A stretch of 64,000 nt of DNA from Deltaproteobacteria bacterium (lineage in GTDB: Bacteria > Desulfobacterota > Dissulfuribacteria > Dissulfuribacterales > QOAL01). The notes beneath the pieces were generated by a model. The model was not told the DNA's origin. It searched no databases and worked only from the letters and a program-made list of their open reading frames with translations. A program made the translations under genes and the position numbers. Numbering within the stretch: the stretch's first letter is position 1; each line of letters opens with the position of its first letter. The stretch covers positions 677-64,676 of the forward strand of contig WGDC01000012.1 in assembly GCA_015493475.1 (NCBI GenBank), written 5' to 3'. Positions 36,942-47,363 of the stretch are shown here, piece after piece.

Positions 36942-37722
36942 GCACTGCCGCCACTACCGCTGATAGGGCGAGCCTGTACACTACAAACGGTAAAAAGGTG
37001 TGTTTTTTTAGATACGTCATCAGGAAGGCTATGACCATATAGCCAGAAATGCACGACGCAGCAAAGCCGATCAGATAATTCAAATCAAGGGTGGAGGTGC
37101 CTTCCCTGATAAGTTTTATGGACTCGTAAACGCCTGCTCCTGCAATAATTGGTGCGGAAAGGAGGAAGGAAAATCGCGCTGAGGCCTCTCTCGTAAATCC
37201 GAGAAACAGGGCGCAGGTCATGGTTATGCCGCTTCTGGAAACCCCTGGAACTATGGCAAGTGCCTGGGAAAGACCAACCAGGGCGGCGTCTATTTTTCCG
37301 AACCCTTGGAACCTCCTGTCATGCCTGTTAACCCTGTCAGCAAGCAAGAGAAGAAGGGCGACTCCCGAAAGGGTAAAAACCACCACCCAGGGAGACCTGA
37401 AGCAAGTGGATGCGGCATGCTCAAGCAGAAAGCCCGCCACAGCGCCAGGCACCGTACCTATTACCAAAAGTAGAAGCAGCCTTCTTGATGCGTTATCCCT
37501 CCTTCCAGGCAAAAGAGACGATATCATTGCAACCCAGTCCCTGTAAAAGTAAGCAAGCACTGCAACCAGGGTACCCATGTGCAGTATTACGTCAAAGGCC
37601 AGGCCCGCACCCTTGAGATGCATAAAATACTCTGCCAGAACAAGGTGCCCGGAGCTCGATACAGGAAGAAACTCCGTTATGCCCTGAATAATACCGAGAA
37701 AAACAGCATCGAAACCGTTCAT
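36931..37722 (-). CDS. uppP: Undecaprenyl-diphosphatase
   Basis: QGITEFLPVSSSGH, PGVSRSGIT, AARFSFLL-like. Confidence 0.95.
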   Translation of the reverse strand: MNGFDAVFLGIIQGITEFLPVSSSGHLVLAEYFMHLKGAGLAFDVILHMGTLVAVLAYFYRDWVAMISSLLPGRRDNASRRLLLLLVIGTVPGAVAGFLLEHAASTCFRSPWVVVFTLSGVALLLLLADRVNRHDRRFQGFGKIDAALVGLSQALAIVPGVSRSGITMTCALFLGFTREASARFSFLLSAPIIAGAGVYESIKLIREGTSTLDLNYLIGFAASCISGYMVIAFLMTYLKKHTFLPFVVYRLALSAVVAAVLVF

Positions 37723-37806
37723 GAAGACAAGCTCCCTTGGACTTTCCTGGTTGAAGGTTTAGAGTCTTACCCAAAAGCAAGGATTGAAGATAATTCGAAA
37801 GCCCCC

Positions 37807-38820
37807 ATGACACAATCAAATTTCTACAGGGAAATAGGGCTCGGCAGGCTCCTGATGGCGGGGCTGCCGGGAACGGAAATTGATGAAGGCACTCTTGGCC
37901 TTATACGTGATTTTGGCGTTTCAAAGTTCATCATGTTTTCAAGAAATGCGCGTGAAGGTGCCTGCCGGTTCAGGAAGCTTTGCAGGAGTATCAAGCAGGC
38001 CTGTATCGAAGCGCACTTGAGGCCCCTTCTTGCCATAGACCAGGAAGGAGGCCCTGTAAGGAGGCTTACGCCCCCAGAATTCATGGACATGCCAAGTCAG
38101 GACCAGGTAAGGAAGGACAGCGATCCCCGGATAGAAATGACAAAACTCGCAGAGGCCACTACCAGGATATTGAAGGGCTGCTCTATTGACATGAACCTCG
38201 CACCGGTCCTTGACCTGTGTCTCAATGCCAGCAAAAACGTGCTAAGGCATAGGTGCTTCGGAGAGGACCCGGAAACGGTCTCCGTGCTTGGCTCCATATA
38301 CATAAAGCACCTGCTGCGACACCGGATAATGACCTGTGCGAAACACTTTCCGGGCATAGGCAGGGTAGAACGTGACCCGCACCGCCACCTTCCGGTGGTT
38401 ACAGCGGACAGGGCTAAGGTGGCGGTGGAGATGTCACCATTTATCTGCGCCATCCGGAGCGGAACTACCTGCATAATGACATCTCATGTAATCTTCAGCG
38501 CTCTTGACCCTGAAAATCCCGCCACCTTTTCCTCTTGCATAGCAAACAGTCTGTTGAGAGAAAAACTCGGATTCAAGGGCGTTCTTCTTACCGACGACCT
38601 CGAAATGAAGGGTGCTGTCAAGAAAATGGGAACGGAACAAGCGGCCCTTTCCGCCCTTATGGCAGGTCATGACCTTCTCCTGGTCTGTAGCAGCCAGGAA
38701 TTAGTAAGACGGTGTCTCTTCTACCTTGCCGAAGCCTTGGAAAAAGGCGTGCTTCCCCTTGAACGGGTAAAAGAGGCGCAGAAGCGGCTGTCGCTCATTG
38801 AAAAGGGTCCCGGACCCTGA
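37807..38820 (+). CDS. nagZ: Beta-N-acetylhexosaminidase (GH3, NagZ)
   Basis: AIDQEGG, NLAPVLD, KHFPGIG...DPH, MTSH, TDDLEM. Probable ATG 37807; the longer ORF overlaps uppP. Confidence 0.9.
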   Translation: MTQSNFYREIGLGRLLMAGLPGTEIDEGTLGLIRDFGVSKFIMFSRNAREGACRFRKLCRSIKQACIEAHLRPLLAIDQEGGPVRRLTPPEFMDMPSQDQVRKDSDPRIEMTKLAEATTRILKGCSIDMNLAPVLDLCLNASKNVLRHRCFGEDPETVSVLGSIYIKHLLRHRIMTCAKHFPGIGRVERDPHRHLPVVTADRAKVAVEMSPFICAIRSGTTCIMTSHVIFSALDPENPATFSSCIANSLLREKLGFKGVLLTDDLEMKGAVKKMGTEQAALSALMAGHDLLLVCSSQELVRRCLFYLAEALEKGVLPLERVKEAQKRLSLIEKGPGP

Positions 38821-38834
38821 TGTATAAAAAAGAA

Positions 38835-39224
38835 TCAGATTACCCCGAGATAACGGCCTATTTCCCGGTCTTCTCCGATTATATGGTCAACGAGCCAGTG
38901 ATGTAAAAAACCTACAAGTTCTGGAATAGTCCACATACGGTCTTTTTTGAGATCGATAAGTATACCTGCAATCTCGTTCACAAGGTCCTTATGAAGCACC
39001 CTGTGCCTATTAAGGCCCGGGAAACCTATATTCGCCATTATCTTTTCCTCACTTTTGAAATGAAATTTTGCATAGTCCACAAGATTTTTAAGTACGTACC
39101 CCATCACCTCTTCGGACTCCCCCTTGTTCATGGCTTGTTCGAGCCTGTCAATCATATTGACCAATATCTTGTGTTCATCATCCACCTTTTTTATCCCTGT
39201 GGAAAAGGAATTTTTCCATTCCAT
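38835..39224 (-). CDS. Bacteriohemerythrin
   Basis: W...STGIKKVDDEH, HFKSEE, H...H, WLVDHI...D di-iron ligands. GAGG precedes ATG 39224. Confidence 0.92.
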   Translation of the reverse strand: MEWKNSFSTGIKKVDDEHKILVNMIDRLEQAMNKGESEEVMGYVLKNLVDYAKFHFKSEEKIMANIGFPGLNRHRVLHKDLVNEIAGILIDLKKDRMWTIPELVGFLHHWLVDHIIGEDREIGRYLGVI

Positions 39225-39647
39225 CTGCTTAGCACCTCTCAAAAAACCTGCAACCGCGCAGGGGAAAAATAGAAATTGCAAGCGGTAATTAGCAGCCGCC
39301 GAAGGGAACCGGCCTGTTATAGTTATCGTCTGATTCCGAATTTGAATTTAAAAATTAGAATACAAAAAATGACGTTTTTGAAAGAAGCGCTGGTATTTAG
39401 TTCCGCAGCAACAAATTCTGCGGAGCCTTTTAACCATGATTGAAGGACATTCTACATCATGCTTGATAAGTTCTCACGCATTCACAGGCTGGAGACAATC
39501 ATCGGCTCCGCTCCTGTACCGTTCTGCATTAAAACCCATCTTTCTTTGGCATTTAACTGGACCCGCCTTGCCGGACAGATCCCGCACATTGTCGGACAAA
39601 TGCCCCTTTAGCATAGCCGGCCCTGGGCTTCAATAGCGCCGCCCAAT

Positions 39648-39977
39648 CTATCTTACGGGAGTGGAAAACCTTATAAAATGCTCGGTGCCGATACCATCGA
39701 CAAGCCTTATCTCGCTGATCCCACCCTGGTCCTCCTCTACGCATATCTCGCGGGGCTTGTGAACTAGATGCTCCAGGCTTTCTGACATTACTGACAAGAT
39801 CCTGTCCTTAGGATCGTAACTGATGCCCAAAAGAGGCAGGCTACTGGCCTCAGCCATTTCAAAAACGCTTGGGGCCTCGATCTCGATTTCGACCTTTTCA
39901 TCCATATTTTTTGTCTTTTTGTAAAGTTGATCGAAAAATTTTTCCCAGTCCTCTGGAACGATACATTTTTCCGCCAT
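39648..39977 (-). CDS. Small hypothetical protein (DUF5335-like)
   Basis: W..FFD, EIE, LPLLGISYDPKD, EHLVHKPRE pattern recalled for this family; GGAGG RBS. Confidence 0.65.
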   Translation of the reverse strand: MAEKCIVPEDWEKFFDQLYKKTKNMDEKVEIEIEAPSVFEMAEASSLPLLGISYDPKDRILSVMSESLEHLVHKPREICVEEDQGGISEIRLVDGIGTEHFIRFSTPVR

Positions 39978-40370
39978 CTTATGCCTCCATAGCTCTTTTC
40001 TTAACAGGATCTGTAGTTACGAATAACCATCTGCCCCATTTAGTCAAGAAACAACGCCATTTTTCATTGAATAAATCCACGATGGTGTGTAAAGAAATCA
40101 ACAATCTGGTCCGGAACCGCCGTCAAAAGACTCCCCGACAAATCTATGGGGCCGCAAATCTTAACAGAACGGCACCATTTCCGACCGGGCGTGATGGCTA
40201 CATCAACGCGACGAAGAACAGGCATCCTGGAGATACGGTGCAAGCCCTGAAAACAACCATGGCATACCCCCGTATACTCAGGATTATTTTCTAACCGTAA
40301 CGGTCAGGCCGTACAAAAAAAATGACGGAAAGCCGTTTTAAGTTGCTGTAAAAAACGCTGGAGGTGCAAA

Positions 40371-40655
40371 TTGGCAGAAAACATAGATGACATAACGATA
40401 AACTACGAGGATGATCAGGGACGCCTCATAGTAAAAGAGATAAAAAAGGAGATATTGACCAGGGGAAGCTGGACAACCATACTCTTTCTTTACCAGGAGA
40501 TGGACAGGAAAACCGGAGAATACGGGTCCTTCAAGGCCACCATCCGCAGGTATAAAAAACAGGGTGGATACTTCAGGCCCCAGAGCAAATTCAATATTTC
40601 CAACAAAAAACAGGCATTAAAGATAGCGGAGGTACTTACAGGCTGGTTCTCTTAG
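40371..40655 (+). CDS. Conserved small hypothetical protein (beta-rich, basic; possible PC4-like nucleic-acid binder)
   Basis: GGAGG RBS with TTG start; GSWTTILFLYQE...IRRYKK...QSKFNIS; followed by a strong hairpin. Confidence 0.75.
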   Translation: MAENIDDITINYEDDQGRLIVKEIKKEILTRGSWTTILFLYQEMDRKTGEYGSFKATIRRYKKQGGYFRPQSKFNISNKKQALKIAEVLTGWFS

Positions 40656-40657
40656 AA

Positions 40658-40687
40658 CAGAGGGGGCGGCCAAAGCCGCCCTCTCTG
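40658..40687. terminator. GC-rich hairpin between convergent genes (probable terminator)
   Basis: CAGAGGGGGCGGC-CAAA-GCCGCCCTCTCTG; weak U tracts. Confidence 0.55.
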
Positions 40688-40719
40688 TAGCAAGCAAACT
40701 CTAATCCGTGATTCAAAAA

Positions 40720-41427
40720 CTACTCCTTAAGCGCCGGTTTGGGCGTTACCATGCATGCCTGTGTTACCGCCTCTATAAGCTTTTCAGAGTAGGGATTTGA
40801 GACCATTCGCCTGATTATAATGTCTACCGGCCTTACATTTTTTCTGTAATAAGCAATGTTCCACGAATCTTTTGGGGTGATTATGGCCCCTTCTATGCTA
40901 ATGCCACCAAAAATACCCTTTGTCTTTGAAAAGGCCAAGACATCCACGGTCTCTGCCTTTGCTCCGGCCCCGTAAGGCCCTGCTGCAATACTGACATCCG
41001 CCCCGAGTTTTATGGATGTGGATAAAAGCCCATCAAGGCCGCTGTCTGTCATTATCATGAGTATTATCTGGGAAGACTGCGCCCCGGCCTGAAGCCCGAA
41101 GGAAACTGAACCTACGGTATAGAAAGCGGGCTGGCTCCACTTGCCGGTGTACTGGTCTCTTGCAAGGAGGACCCCGGTTCCCCCTTCTGCTCCAAAGATG
41201 AACGCGCCCTTGAGCAGCTGGGGAATAATAAGAATACCCTTGGCATTTGCGAGGTGATTACGGAACCATGTCATGTTCGGGTCCGCAACGAAACTCTTGA
41301 AAGTCACGGTAGCCCTGTCAATGAGGGCCTGCTGTTGCTCATAACCTGACGCCTCTACAGACCGGGCATTAAAGACAAGGGACAGAAAAGCCACGCTCAG
41401 ATACAATGCCACTGCAACCTTTTTCAT
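40720..41427 (-). CDS. Lipid-binding SYLF (Ysc84-like) domain protein, exported
   Basis: Signal peptide; AKGILIIP..KGAFIFG..GG.G, WSQPAF, SFGLQAG, SKTKGIFGGISIEGA. Confidence 0.88.
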   Translation of the reverse strand: MKKVAVALYLSVAFLSLVFNARSVEASGYEQQQALIDRATVTFKSFVADPNMTWFRNHLANAKGILIIPQLLKGAFIFGAEGGTGVLLARDQYTGKWSQPAFYTVGSVSFGLQAGAQSSQIILMIMTDSGLDGLLSTSIKLGADVSIAAGPYGAGAKAETVDVLAFSKTKGIFGGISIEGAIITPKDSWNIAYYRKNVRPVDIIIRRMVSNPYSEKLIEAVTQACMVTPKPALKE

Positions 41428-41711
41428 GAGTACCCCCTTTAAAATTGATAGGTTGTAAATGATTATTCTTAAATAAAAATAAAAAGCGCCTCATTGTAAA
41501 CAAAAAACTTGCCCGCTACCCATATCCTTCTTAGCGCCCTAACATTTTTTATGGTAACTTCTATGGAAATAGTGTAAAAAAACTCTCCCAGGGACCTTTA
41601 AAAAATCTGTTCTTTATGACAATCCCAGATAGAAAAACGTGGGCTACTTTCACAATTGCCTAGTTTTTCACGAGTCTCTTTCAAAATACACATGAGGTGC
41701 TTTATATAAAA

Positions 41712-42377
41712 ATGGATATTGCACACGCCATCAAGAAAAGAAAATCCGTCAGGAGCTTTCTTGGCAAGCCGGTAACCAGGGAAACCTTGTTAGAGGTGCT
41801 GGAAGTGGCGCGATGGTCCCCTTCCGGTGCCAACTGCCAGCCATGGAGGATTGAAATCGTCACGGGCAAGACAAAGGAGAGGATTACAAAAACCATATTA
41901 CGGGCCAAAGAGAAGGGTCTCCGCGAACCTCCGGACATAGACTACTATCCGGAGATTTGGAAGAATCCGTACAAGGAAAGACGCTTCAGATGCGGCCTTG
42001 CCCTGTACTCGGCCCTCGGGATAGAGCGTGGCGACGCAGAGTCCAGAAAAAGGGCATGGCTAAGCAACTACGAATTTTTCGGCGCACCAGTCGGCATCCT
42101 GCTCTTTATGCCAAAGGCGCTTGGCACTGGTTTTCTGATTGACATGGGCATTTTTATCCAGTCCCTTGTACTGTCCTGCATGAACAGGGGCCTCGCCACG
42201 TGCATCCAGGCATCCCTTGCCGAGTATCCGTCCATAGTCAAGGACATCCTCGGCGTACCTGACGACTTCAACATGGTCTGCGGAATTTCAGTTGGTTATG
42301 AGGACAAGTCGAGCCCGGCAAACGGATTCAGGACCAGCAGAATTGACGTGGAGGAGTTTACGCGCTGGCACGATTAG
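41712..42377 (+). CDS. Nitroreductase family protein
   Basis: RKSVRSF, SPSGANCQPW, FFGAPV, DMGIFIQS, GLATC. Confidence 0.9.
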   Translation: MDIAHAIKKRKSVRSFLGKPVTRETLLEVLEVARWSPSGANCQPWRIEIVTGKTKERITKTILRAKEKGLREPPDIDYYPEIWKNPYKERRFRCGLALYSALGIERGDAESRKRAWLSNYEFFGAPVGILLFMPKALGTGFLIDMGIFIQSLVLSCMNRGLATCIQASLAEYPSIVKDILGVPDDFNMVCGISVGYEDKSSPANGFRTSRIDVEEFTRWHD

Positions 42378-42393
42378 GCTACACAGACGAACA

Positions 42394-42903
42394 TCAGGCG
42401 GCCCGCAGGGCTGAGAGGGGAACCTTGGTGGCGACCTCCCTTTTAAGCATCTCAACGAGGATTAAGGCCCTATCCTTACCGTCAAGGGCCTTTAGCACAC
42501 CCTCAATCACCGTATCGTTAGGGCCCGTAATCCTTACCCGGTCTCCTGGAGCAAATCCGTATTTCTCTTTCATGCCTACATGGATGATGCCTGTTTCATC
42601 GCTCCTTGCCATGAGCCCCTGGATAAACCACTCAGGAACCGGAGGATAATAATTCCCGAAACGTACCGGCCCGCAGGCACCGTAAGTGCTGGAGACAGCC
42701 ACCCAGTTATGCTCGGATGGCTCGAGATGCAAAAAGAGATAGCCGGGAAAGAGGGGTGAAAGAACCTCTTTCACCTTTCTGGCGTGCCTCGCGATCCTTA
42801 TGGTTGACGGAAGATATACATGGAAGTCCTGGTTCTCAAAATTGGCCTTTGCGTAAAATTCTTTTCTAGGCTTGGTACGAATTGCAAACCATAGTTTTCC
42901 CAC
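42394..42903 (-). CDS. rfaH: Specialized NusG paralog (RfaH-like transcription antiterminator)
   Basis: WFAIRTKPRKE, PLFPGYLF, SSTYG...VRFG, and KOW region GDRVRITGP...EG...DRALIL. Lacks the housekeeping secE-nusG-rplK context. Confidence 0.8.
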   Translation of the reverse strand: MGKLWFAIRTKPRKEFYAKANFENQDFHVYLPSTIRIARHARKVKEVLSPLFPGYLFLHLEPSEHNWVAVSSTYGACGPVRFGNYYPPVPEWFIQGLMARSDETGIIHVGMKEKYGFAPGDRVRITGPNDTVIEGVLKALDGKDRALILVEMLKREVATKVPLSALRAA

Positions 42904-43006
42904 ACCCTCTCACTACCTCCTTTTTAACGACCAGAGCAGCACTCAAAGAGCCTTGCGCAGCCAGAACTATCCTCACAAGCCATGGACATCTCCCCTTGGC
43001 CCTTTC

Positions 43007-45430
43007 TTAATGGGGAGCCACCACGCCATCCTGCATCTCGGTCTTTGAAAACCAGTTCGGAGGCTCCATCTCCTTGAGCTCTGAAAAGAGATCCTGCATC
43101 TCCTTTCCTGTTACAAGGGCACCGCTCAAGACCTCATCCATGTGCTCGACGCAATTAATGTTTAGGGATTTCAGGATTCTTGGCTGTATCTCCTTTAAAT
43201 CCTTCTCATTGGCCTTGGGAATTATGCAGGTATCAAGGTCCATACGCCGCGCTGCAAGCAGCTTCTCCTTGAGCCCTCCAATGGGAAGAACCCTTCCCCT
43301 TAAGGTAATCTCCCCAGTCATGGCGAGATCATGCCTTACTGGCACCTTCAACAATGCAGAAACAAGTGCCGTGGCTATGGTTATTCCAGCAGAGGGGCCA
43401 TCCTTGGGAATTGCTCCTTCAGGTACGTGGACATGTATGTCAACCATTTTGTAAAAATCCCACGGTAAACCAAGTTGATGCGCCCTTGCCCTGACATAGC
43501 TCATCGCCGCCTGCACGGACTCCTGCATTACATCACCAAGTTTTCCAGTAATGGTGAGCTTGCCCTTTCCCGGCATCACAGCCACCTCTATCTGTAGAAG
43601 CGTCCCACCTGTTTCCGTCCAGGCAAGACCGTTTGCTACGCCTATCAGATCCAGTTCCTCAGTCTGTGAATGCCTATACTTGGGAACCCCAAGATACCTG
43701 CCAAGTGACGACCTTGTTATCTTTATGGCCTTTGCCTCGTCCCTGGCCTTGGTGATCTCGCGGGCCGCCTTCCTGCAAAGAGCGGCTATGCACCTTTCTA
43801 AGTTCCTTACACCTGCCTCCCTGGTATAGAGATGTATTATATCCTCGAGAGCCTTTGCAGATATCTCCAACCGGTTTCCATTAAGACCATGGGCCTCGAG
43901 CTGCCTCGGAATGAGGTGGCGCCTTGCTATCTCCACCTTCTCCTCTTCCGTGTAGCCTGGAAGCTCGATTATCTCCATCCTGTCCTGAAGGGGAAACGGG
44001 ATCGTGTGAAGGGCATTTGCCGTTGTGATGAACATCACAGCAGAAAGATCGTAATCAAGATCCAGATAATGATCATTGAAGGCATAATTCTGCTCGGGGT
44101 CCAGGACCTCAAGGAGGGCTGATGCCGGATCTCCCCTGAAATCTGAACTCATCTTATCTACCTCGTCGAGGCAAAAAACCGGATTTATGGCCTTTGCCTT
44201 CTTCATCGACTGTATGATCTTTCCAGGGAGCGCACCAATGTAAGTACGCCTGTGCCCCCTAATCTCCGCCTCGTCCTTTACTCCACCGAGGGAAAGCCTT
44301 ATGAAGTTACGGTTAAGCGCCCTGGCAACCGATTTTGCAAGGGAAGTCTTGCCAACACCAGGCGGCCCTACGAGGCAAAGGATAGGGCCCTTCATCTTCT
44401 TTGCAAGGCTCTTCACGGCGAGATATTCGAGTATCCTTTCCTTTGGCTTTTCAAGACCGTAATGGTCTTCATTGAGGATCTCTTCCGCACGCTCTATGTC
44501 CTTGTTGTCCTTGGTGCGCTCGAACCACGGCAGTGCAAGAATCCAGTCTATATAGTTTCGAACGACCGTGGCCTCTGCTGACATGGGTGCCATGAGTTTA
44601 AGCTTCTTGAGCTCGTGGCGCACCTTGGCGGCCGCCTCCTTGGGAAGCCTCTTCCGCTTTATTTTCTTCTCAAGCTCCTTAAGCTCGCTCTGGGCCTCAT
44701 CCTTCTGACCCATCTCCTTCTGGATGGCCCTTATCTGCTCATTCAGATAGTAGTCCTTCTGGTTTTTTTCCATCTGCTTCTTGACCCGCTCTTTTATCCT
44801 TTGCTCCACCTTGGCGATCTGTGTTTCTGTGGACATGAAGGTGTAGAGCTTCTCAAGACGCATCATGGGATTGAGGGCCTCTAGGATTGCCTGCTTGTCT
44901 GCGACCTTCAGAGAAACATGGGATGCAATAGAATCTGCAAGCCTTGAAGCATCATTTATTGATGATATGGAAACGGCCACTTCGGGCGGAACTTTCTTGT
45001 TCAGTTTGCAATATTCATCAAAGGCCGCAATGGTAAGCCGGCAGAGGGCATCAACCTCTGGCCCCGATACTTTCGGCTCCTCGAGATCTTGTACCCCTAC
45101 GAGGAAGAAACCCTCTTCAGACATGAAATGCCTGATCTCAGCCCGCCTCTTTCCCTCAATAAGGGCCTTCACCGTGCCGTCCGGCAGGCGTAGAAGCTGA
45201 AGTATGGTGCCTATGGTCCCTACCCGGTAGATGTCCTTTTTGCCTGGCTCATCCACTTTTGCGTCCTTTTGGGCAGAAAGGAATATCTCCTGGCTTTCCT
45301 CCATAGCCTTCTTGATAGCCTCAACGGACTTGTCGCGCCCTATGAAAAGCGGCGCCACCATTTGTGGGAAAAGCACCATGTCCCGGAGGGGGAGAAGCGG
45401 GAGTGTCAGGAGCCTGTCTTTGTTATCCAT
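43007..45430 (-). CDS. lon: ATP-dependent protease La
   Basis: [34 protein letters not shown]. Confidence 0.97.
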   Translation of the reverse strand: MDNKDRLLTLPLLPLRDMVLFPQMVAPLFIGRDKSVEAIKKAMEESQEIFLSAQKDAKVDEPGKKDIYRVGTIGTILQLLRLPDGTVKALIEGKRRAEIRHFMSEEGFFLVGVQDLEEPKVSGPEVDALCRLTIAAFDEYCKLNKKVPPEVAVSISSINDASRLADSIASHVSLKVADKQAILEALNPMMRLEKLYTFMSTETQIAKVEQRIKERVKKQMEKNQKDYYLNEQIRAIQKEMGQKDEAQSELKELEKKIKRKRLPKEAAAKVRHELKKLKLMAPMSAEATVVRNYIDWILALPWFERTKDNKDIERAEEILNEDHYGLEKPKERILEYLAVKSLAKKMKGPILCLVGPPGVGKTSLAKSVARALNRNFIRLSLGGVKDEAEIRGHRRTYIGALPGKIIQSMKKAKAINPVFCLDEVDKMSSDFRGDPASALLEVLDPEQNYAFNDHYLDLDYDLSAVMFITTANALHTIPFPLQDRMEIIELPGYTEEEKVEIARRHLIPRQLEAHGLNGNRLEISAKALEDIIHLYTREAGVRNLERCIAALCRKAAREITKARDEAKAIKITRSSLGRYLGVPKYRHSQTEELDLIGVANGLAWTETGGTLLQIEVAVMPGKGKLTITGKLGDVMQESVQAAMSYVRARAHQLGLPWDFYKMVDIHVHVPEGAIPKDGPSAGITIATALVSALLKVPVRHDLAMTGEITLRGRVLPIGGLKEKLLAARRMDLDTCIIPKANEKDLKEIQPRILKSLNINCVEHMDEVLSGALVTGKEMQDLFSELKEMEPPNWFSKTEMQDGVVAPH

Positions 45431-45476
45431 AAAACCTCTGTCTTGCTGTTATGAACTTTTAGATGGCCTGTTAAAA

Positions 45477-46742
45477 TCATGATGCCTCGGCCGTCTTATT
45501 TTCATATATAAGTATTGGTTCGGCCTTGTTCAAGATAACCTCTTCACTAATGACACATTCCTTCACGTCTTCCTTGGAAGGCAGGTCATACATAACATCG
45601 AGCATGGCACGCTCGAGTATGGCTCGAAGCCCACGGGCCCCGGTCTTTCTCTTTATTGCCTCCCGAGCCACGGCCCTTACCGCGCCGTCGGTAAAATGGA
45701 GCTCTATGTTGTCCATTGAGAAAAGCTTCTGGAACTGGCGCACAAGCGCATTCTTTGGTTCCTGGAGAATACGTATGAGATCTTCTTCCGTGAGCTCTTC
45801 CAGGGTGGCGACAACCGGGATGCGCCCGACAAGCTCGGGAATGAGCCCGTACTTGATAAGATCCTCGGGCTGGAGGCTCTTTAATATTTCGCTGTACGAC
45901 AATTCCCTTGCCCCGTGGACGTTGGCTCCGAAGCCGATGGAATACTTTCCGAGCCTCGTCTTGATAATGGAATCAAGGCCGACAAAGGCGCCACCAACGA
46001 TAAAGAGTATATTGGTGGTGTCTATCTTCACGAATTCCTGCTGCGGATGCTTTCGCCCCCCCTTCGGGGGGACGTTCGCGAGCGTGCCCTCAATTATCTT
46101 TAAAAGGGCCTGTTGAACGCCCTCGCCAGAGACGTCACGTGTAATGGAAGGGCTGTCCGACTTTCTTGCAATCTTATCTATCTCGTCAATGTAGACGATG
46201 CCACGGCTTGCCAGCTCAACATCGTAGTCCGCGGCCTGAAGCAGGTTCAAAATGATGTTCTCCACGTCTTCTCCAACATAACCCGCCTCAGTGAGGGTAG
46301 TGGCATCCGCTATGGTAAAGGGTACATTGAGTATCTTGGCCAGTGTCTGGGCAAGGAGTGTCTTACCGCTGCCGGTTGGCCCAATGAGCATGATATTGCT
46401 CTTTTGAAGCTCAACGTCGTCAATAGTCACGTTGGATTCTATCCTTTTGTAGTGATTATGGACGGCCACGGACAGTATCTTCTTGGCACGTTCCTGACCT
46501 ATGACATACTGGTCAAGTAGGGCCTTTATCTCGGCAGGCTTCAGTATGGCACCGCTGCTTGCGCCAGCGTCTTCCCCGCTGTCATAGTCCTCGGCTATTA
46601 TATCATTGCACAGGTCGATGCATTCGTCGCATATATAAACATTGGGGCCGGCTATAAGCTTCTTTACCTCGCCCTGCCCTTTACCGCAAAAGGAACAGCT
46701 CAAGTCTCCAACCTTGTCAAAATCGTCCTTTTTTCCTGACAT
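45477..46742 (-). CDS. clpX: ATP-dependent Clp protease ATP-binding subunit
   Basis: CSFC zinc finger, [16 protein letters not shown] loop, GARGLR. Confidence 0.98.
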   Translation of the reverse strand: MSGKKDDFDKVGDLSCSFCGKGQGEVKKLIAGPNVYICDECIDLCNDIIAEDYDSGEDAGASSGAILKPAEIKALLDQYVIGQERAKKILSVAVHNHYKRIESNVTIDDVELQKSNIMLIGPTGSGKTLLAQTLAKILNVPFTIADATTLTEAGYVGEDVENIILNLLQAADYDVELASRGIVYIDEIDKIARKSDSPSITRDVSGEGVQQALLKIIEGTLANVPPKGGRKHPQQEFVKIDTTNILFIVGGAFVGLDSIIKTRLGKYSIGFGANVHGARELSYSEILKSLQPEDLIKYGLIPELVGRIPVVATLEELTEEDLIRILQEPKNALVRQFQKLFSMDNIELHFTDGAVRAVAREAIKRKTGARGLRAILERAMLDVMYDLPSKEDVKECVISEEVILNKAEPILIYENKTAEAS

Positions 46743-46748
46743 AGCTAA

Positions 46749-47351
46749 TCAGTCCTCCTTGGAGGTTTCTGGCCTCTTCTCCAAGATTTCGTCTATGAGG
46801 CCGTACTCCAGTGCCTCTTTACTTCCCATGAAGTAATCTCTTTCCGTGTCCGCCTGTATCTTGTCCAGGGGCTGGCCAGTATGCCTTGACAGTATCTCGT
46901 TGAGTTTCTGCCTCAGCTTCAATATCTCCTTTGCATGTATGTCAATATCCGTAGCCTGACCTTGAAAACCACCCATGGGCTGGTGAATAAGTATCCTGGA
47001 GTTTGGCAGTACATATCTCTTGCCAGGCGCTCCGGCCGCCAATAACAGGGCACCCATGGAGGCCGCCTGGCCAAGGCACAGAGTACTCACATCAGCCTTA
47101 ATATACTGCATCGTATCGTAAATAGCCAACCCCGCCGTTACCACTCCGCCAGGAGAGTTGACATAGAGGGTTATATCCCTGTTGGGATCTTCGGCCTCGA
47201 GAAACAGGAGCTGCGCTATAATGAGGTTTGCAACCTCGTCGTTCACAGCCCCGCCAAGGAACACGATTCTTTCCTTGAGAAGCCTTGAGTAGATATCAAA
47301 GGCCCGTTCGCCCCTTGGACTTTGTTCTATAACTATCGGTACTAATGGCAT
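46749..47351 (-). CDS. clpP: ATP-dependent Clp protease proteolytic subunit
   Basis: DIYSRLL, NSPGG, QAASMG, IHQP. Confidence 0.98.
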   Translation of the reverse strand: MPLVPIVIEQSPRGERAFDIYSRLLKERIVFLGGAVNDEVANLIIAQLLFLEAEDPNRDITLYVNSPGGVVTAGLAIYDTMQYIKADVSTLCLGQAASMGALLLAAGAPGKRYVLPNSRILIHQPMGGFQGQATDIDIHAKEILKLRQKLNEILSRHTGQPLDKIQADTERDYFMGSKEALEYGLIDEILEKRPETSKED

Positions 47352-47363
47352 TCCTTTAACCTC

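Noticed and set aside
39869-40294. 141-aa ORF
   Set aside because: It overlaps the DUF5335-like gene head-to-head, has a TTG start without an RBS, and shows no recognizable features.
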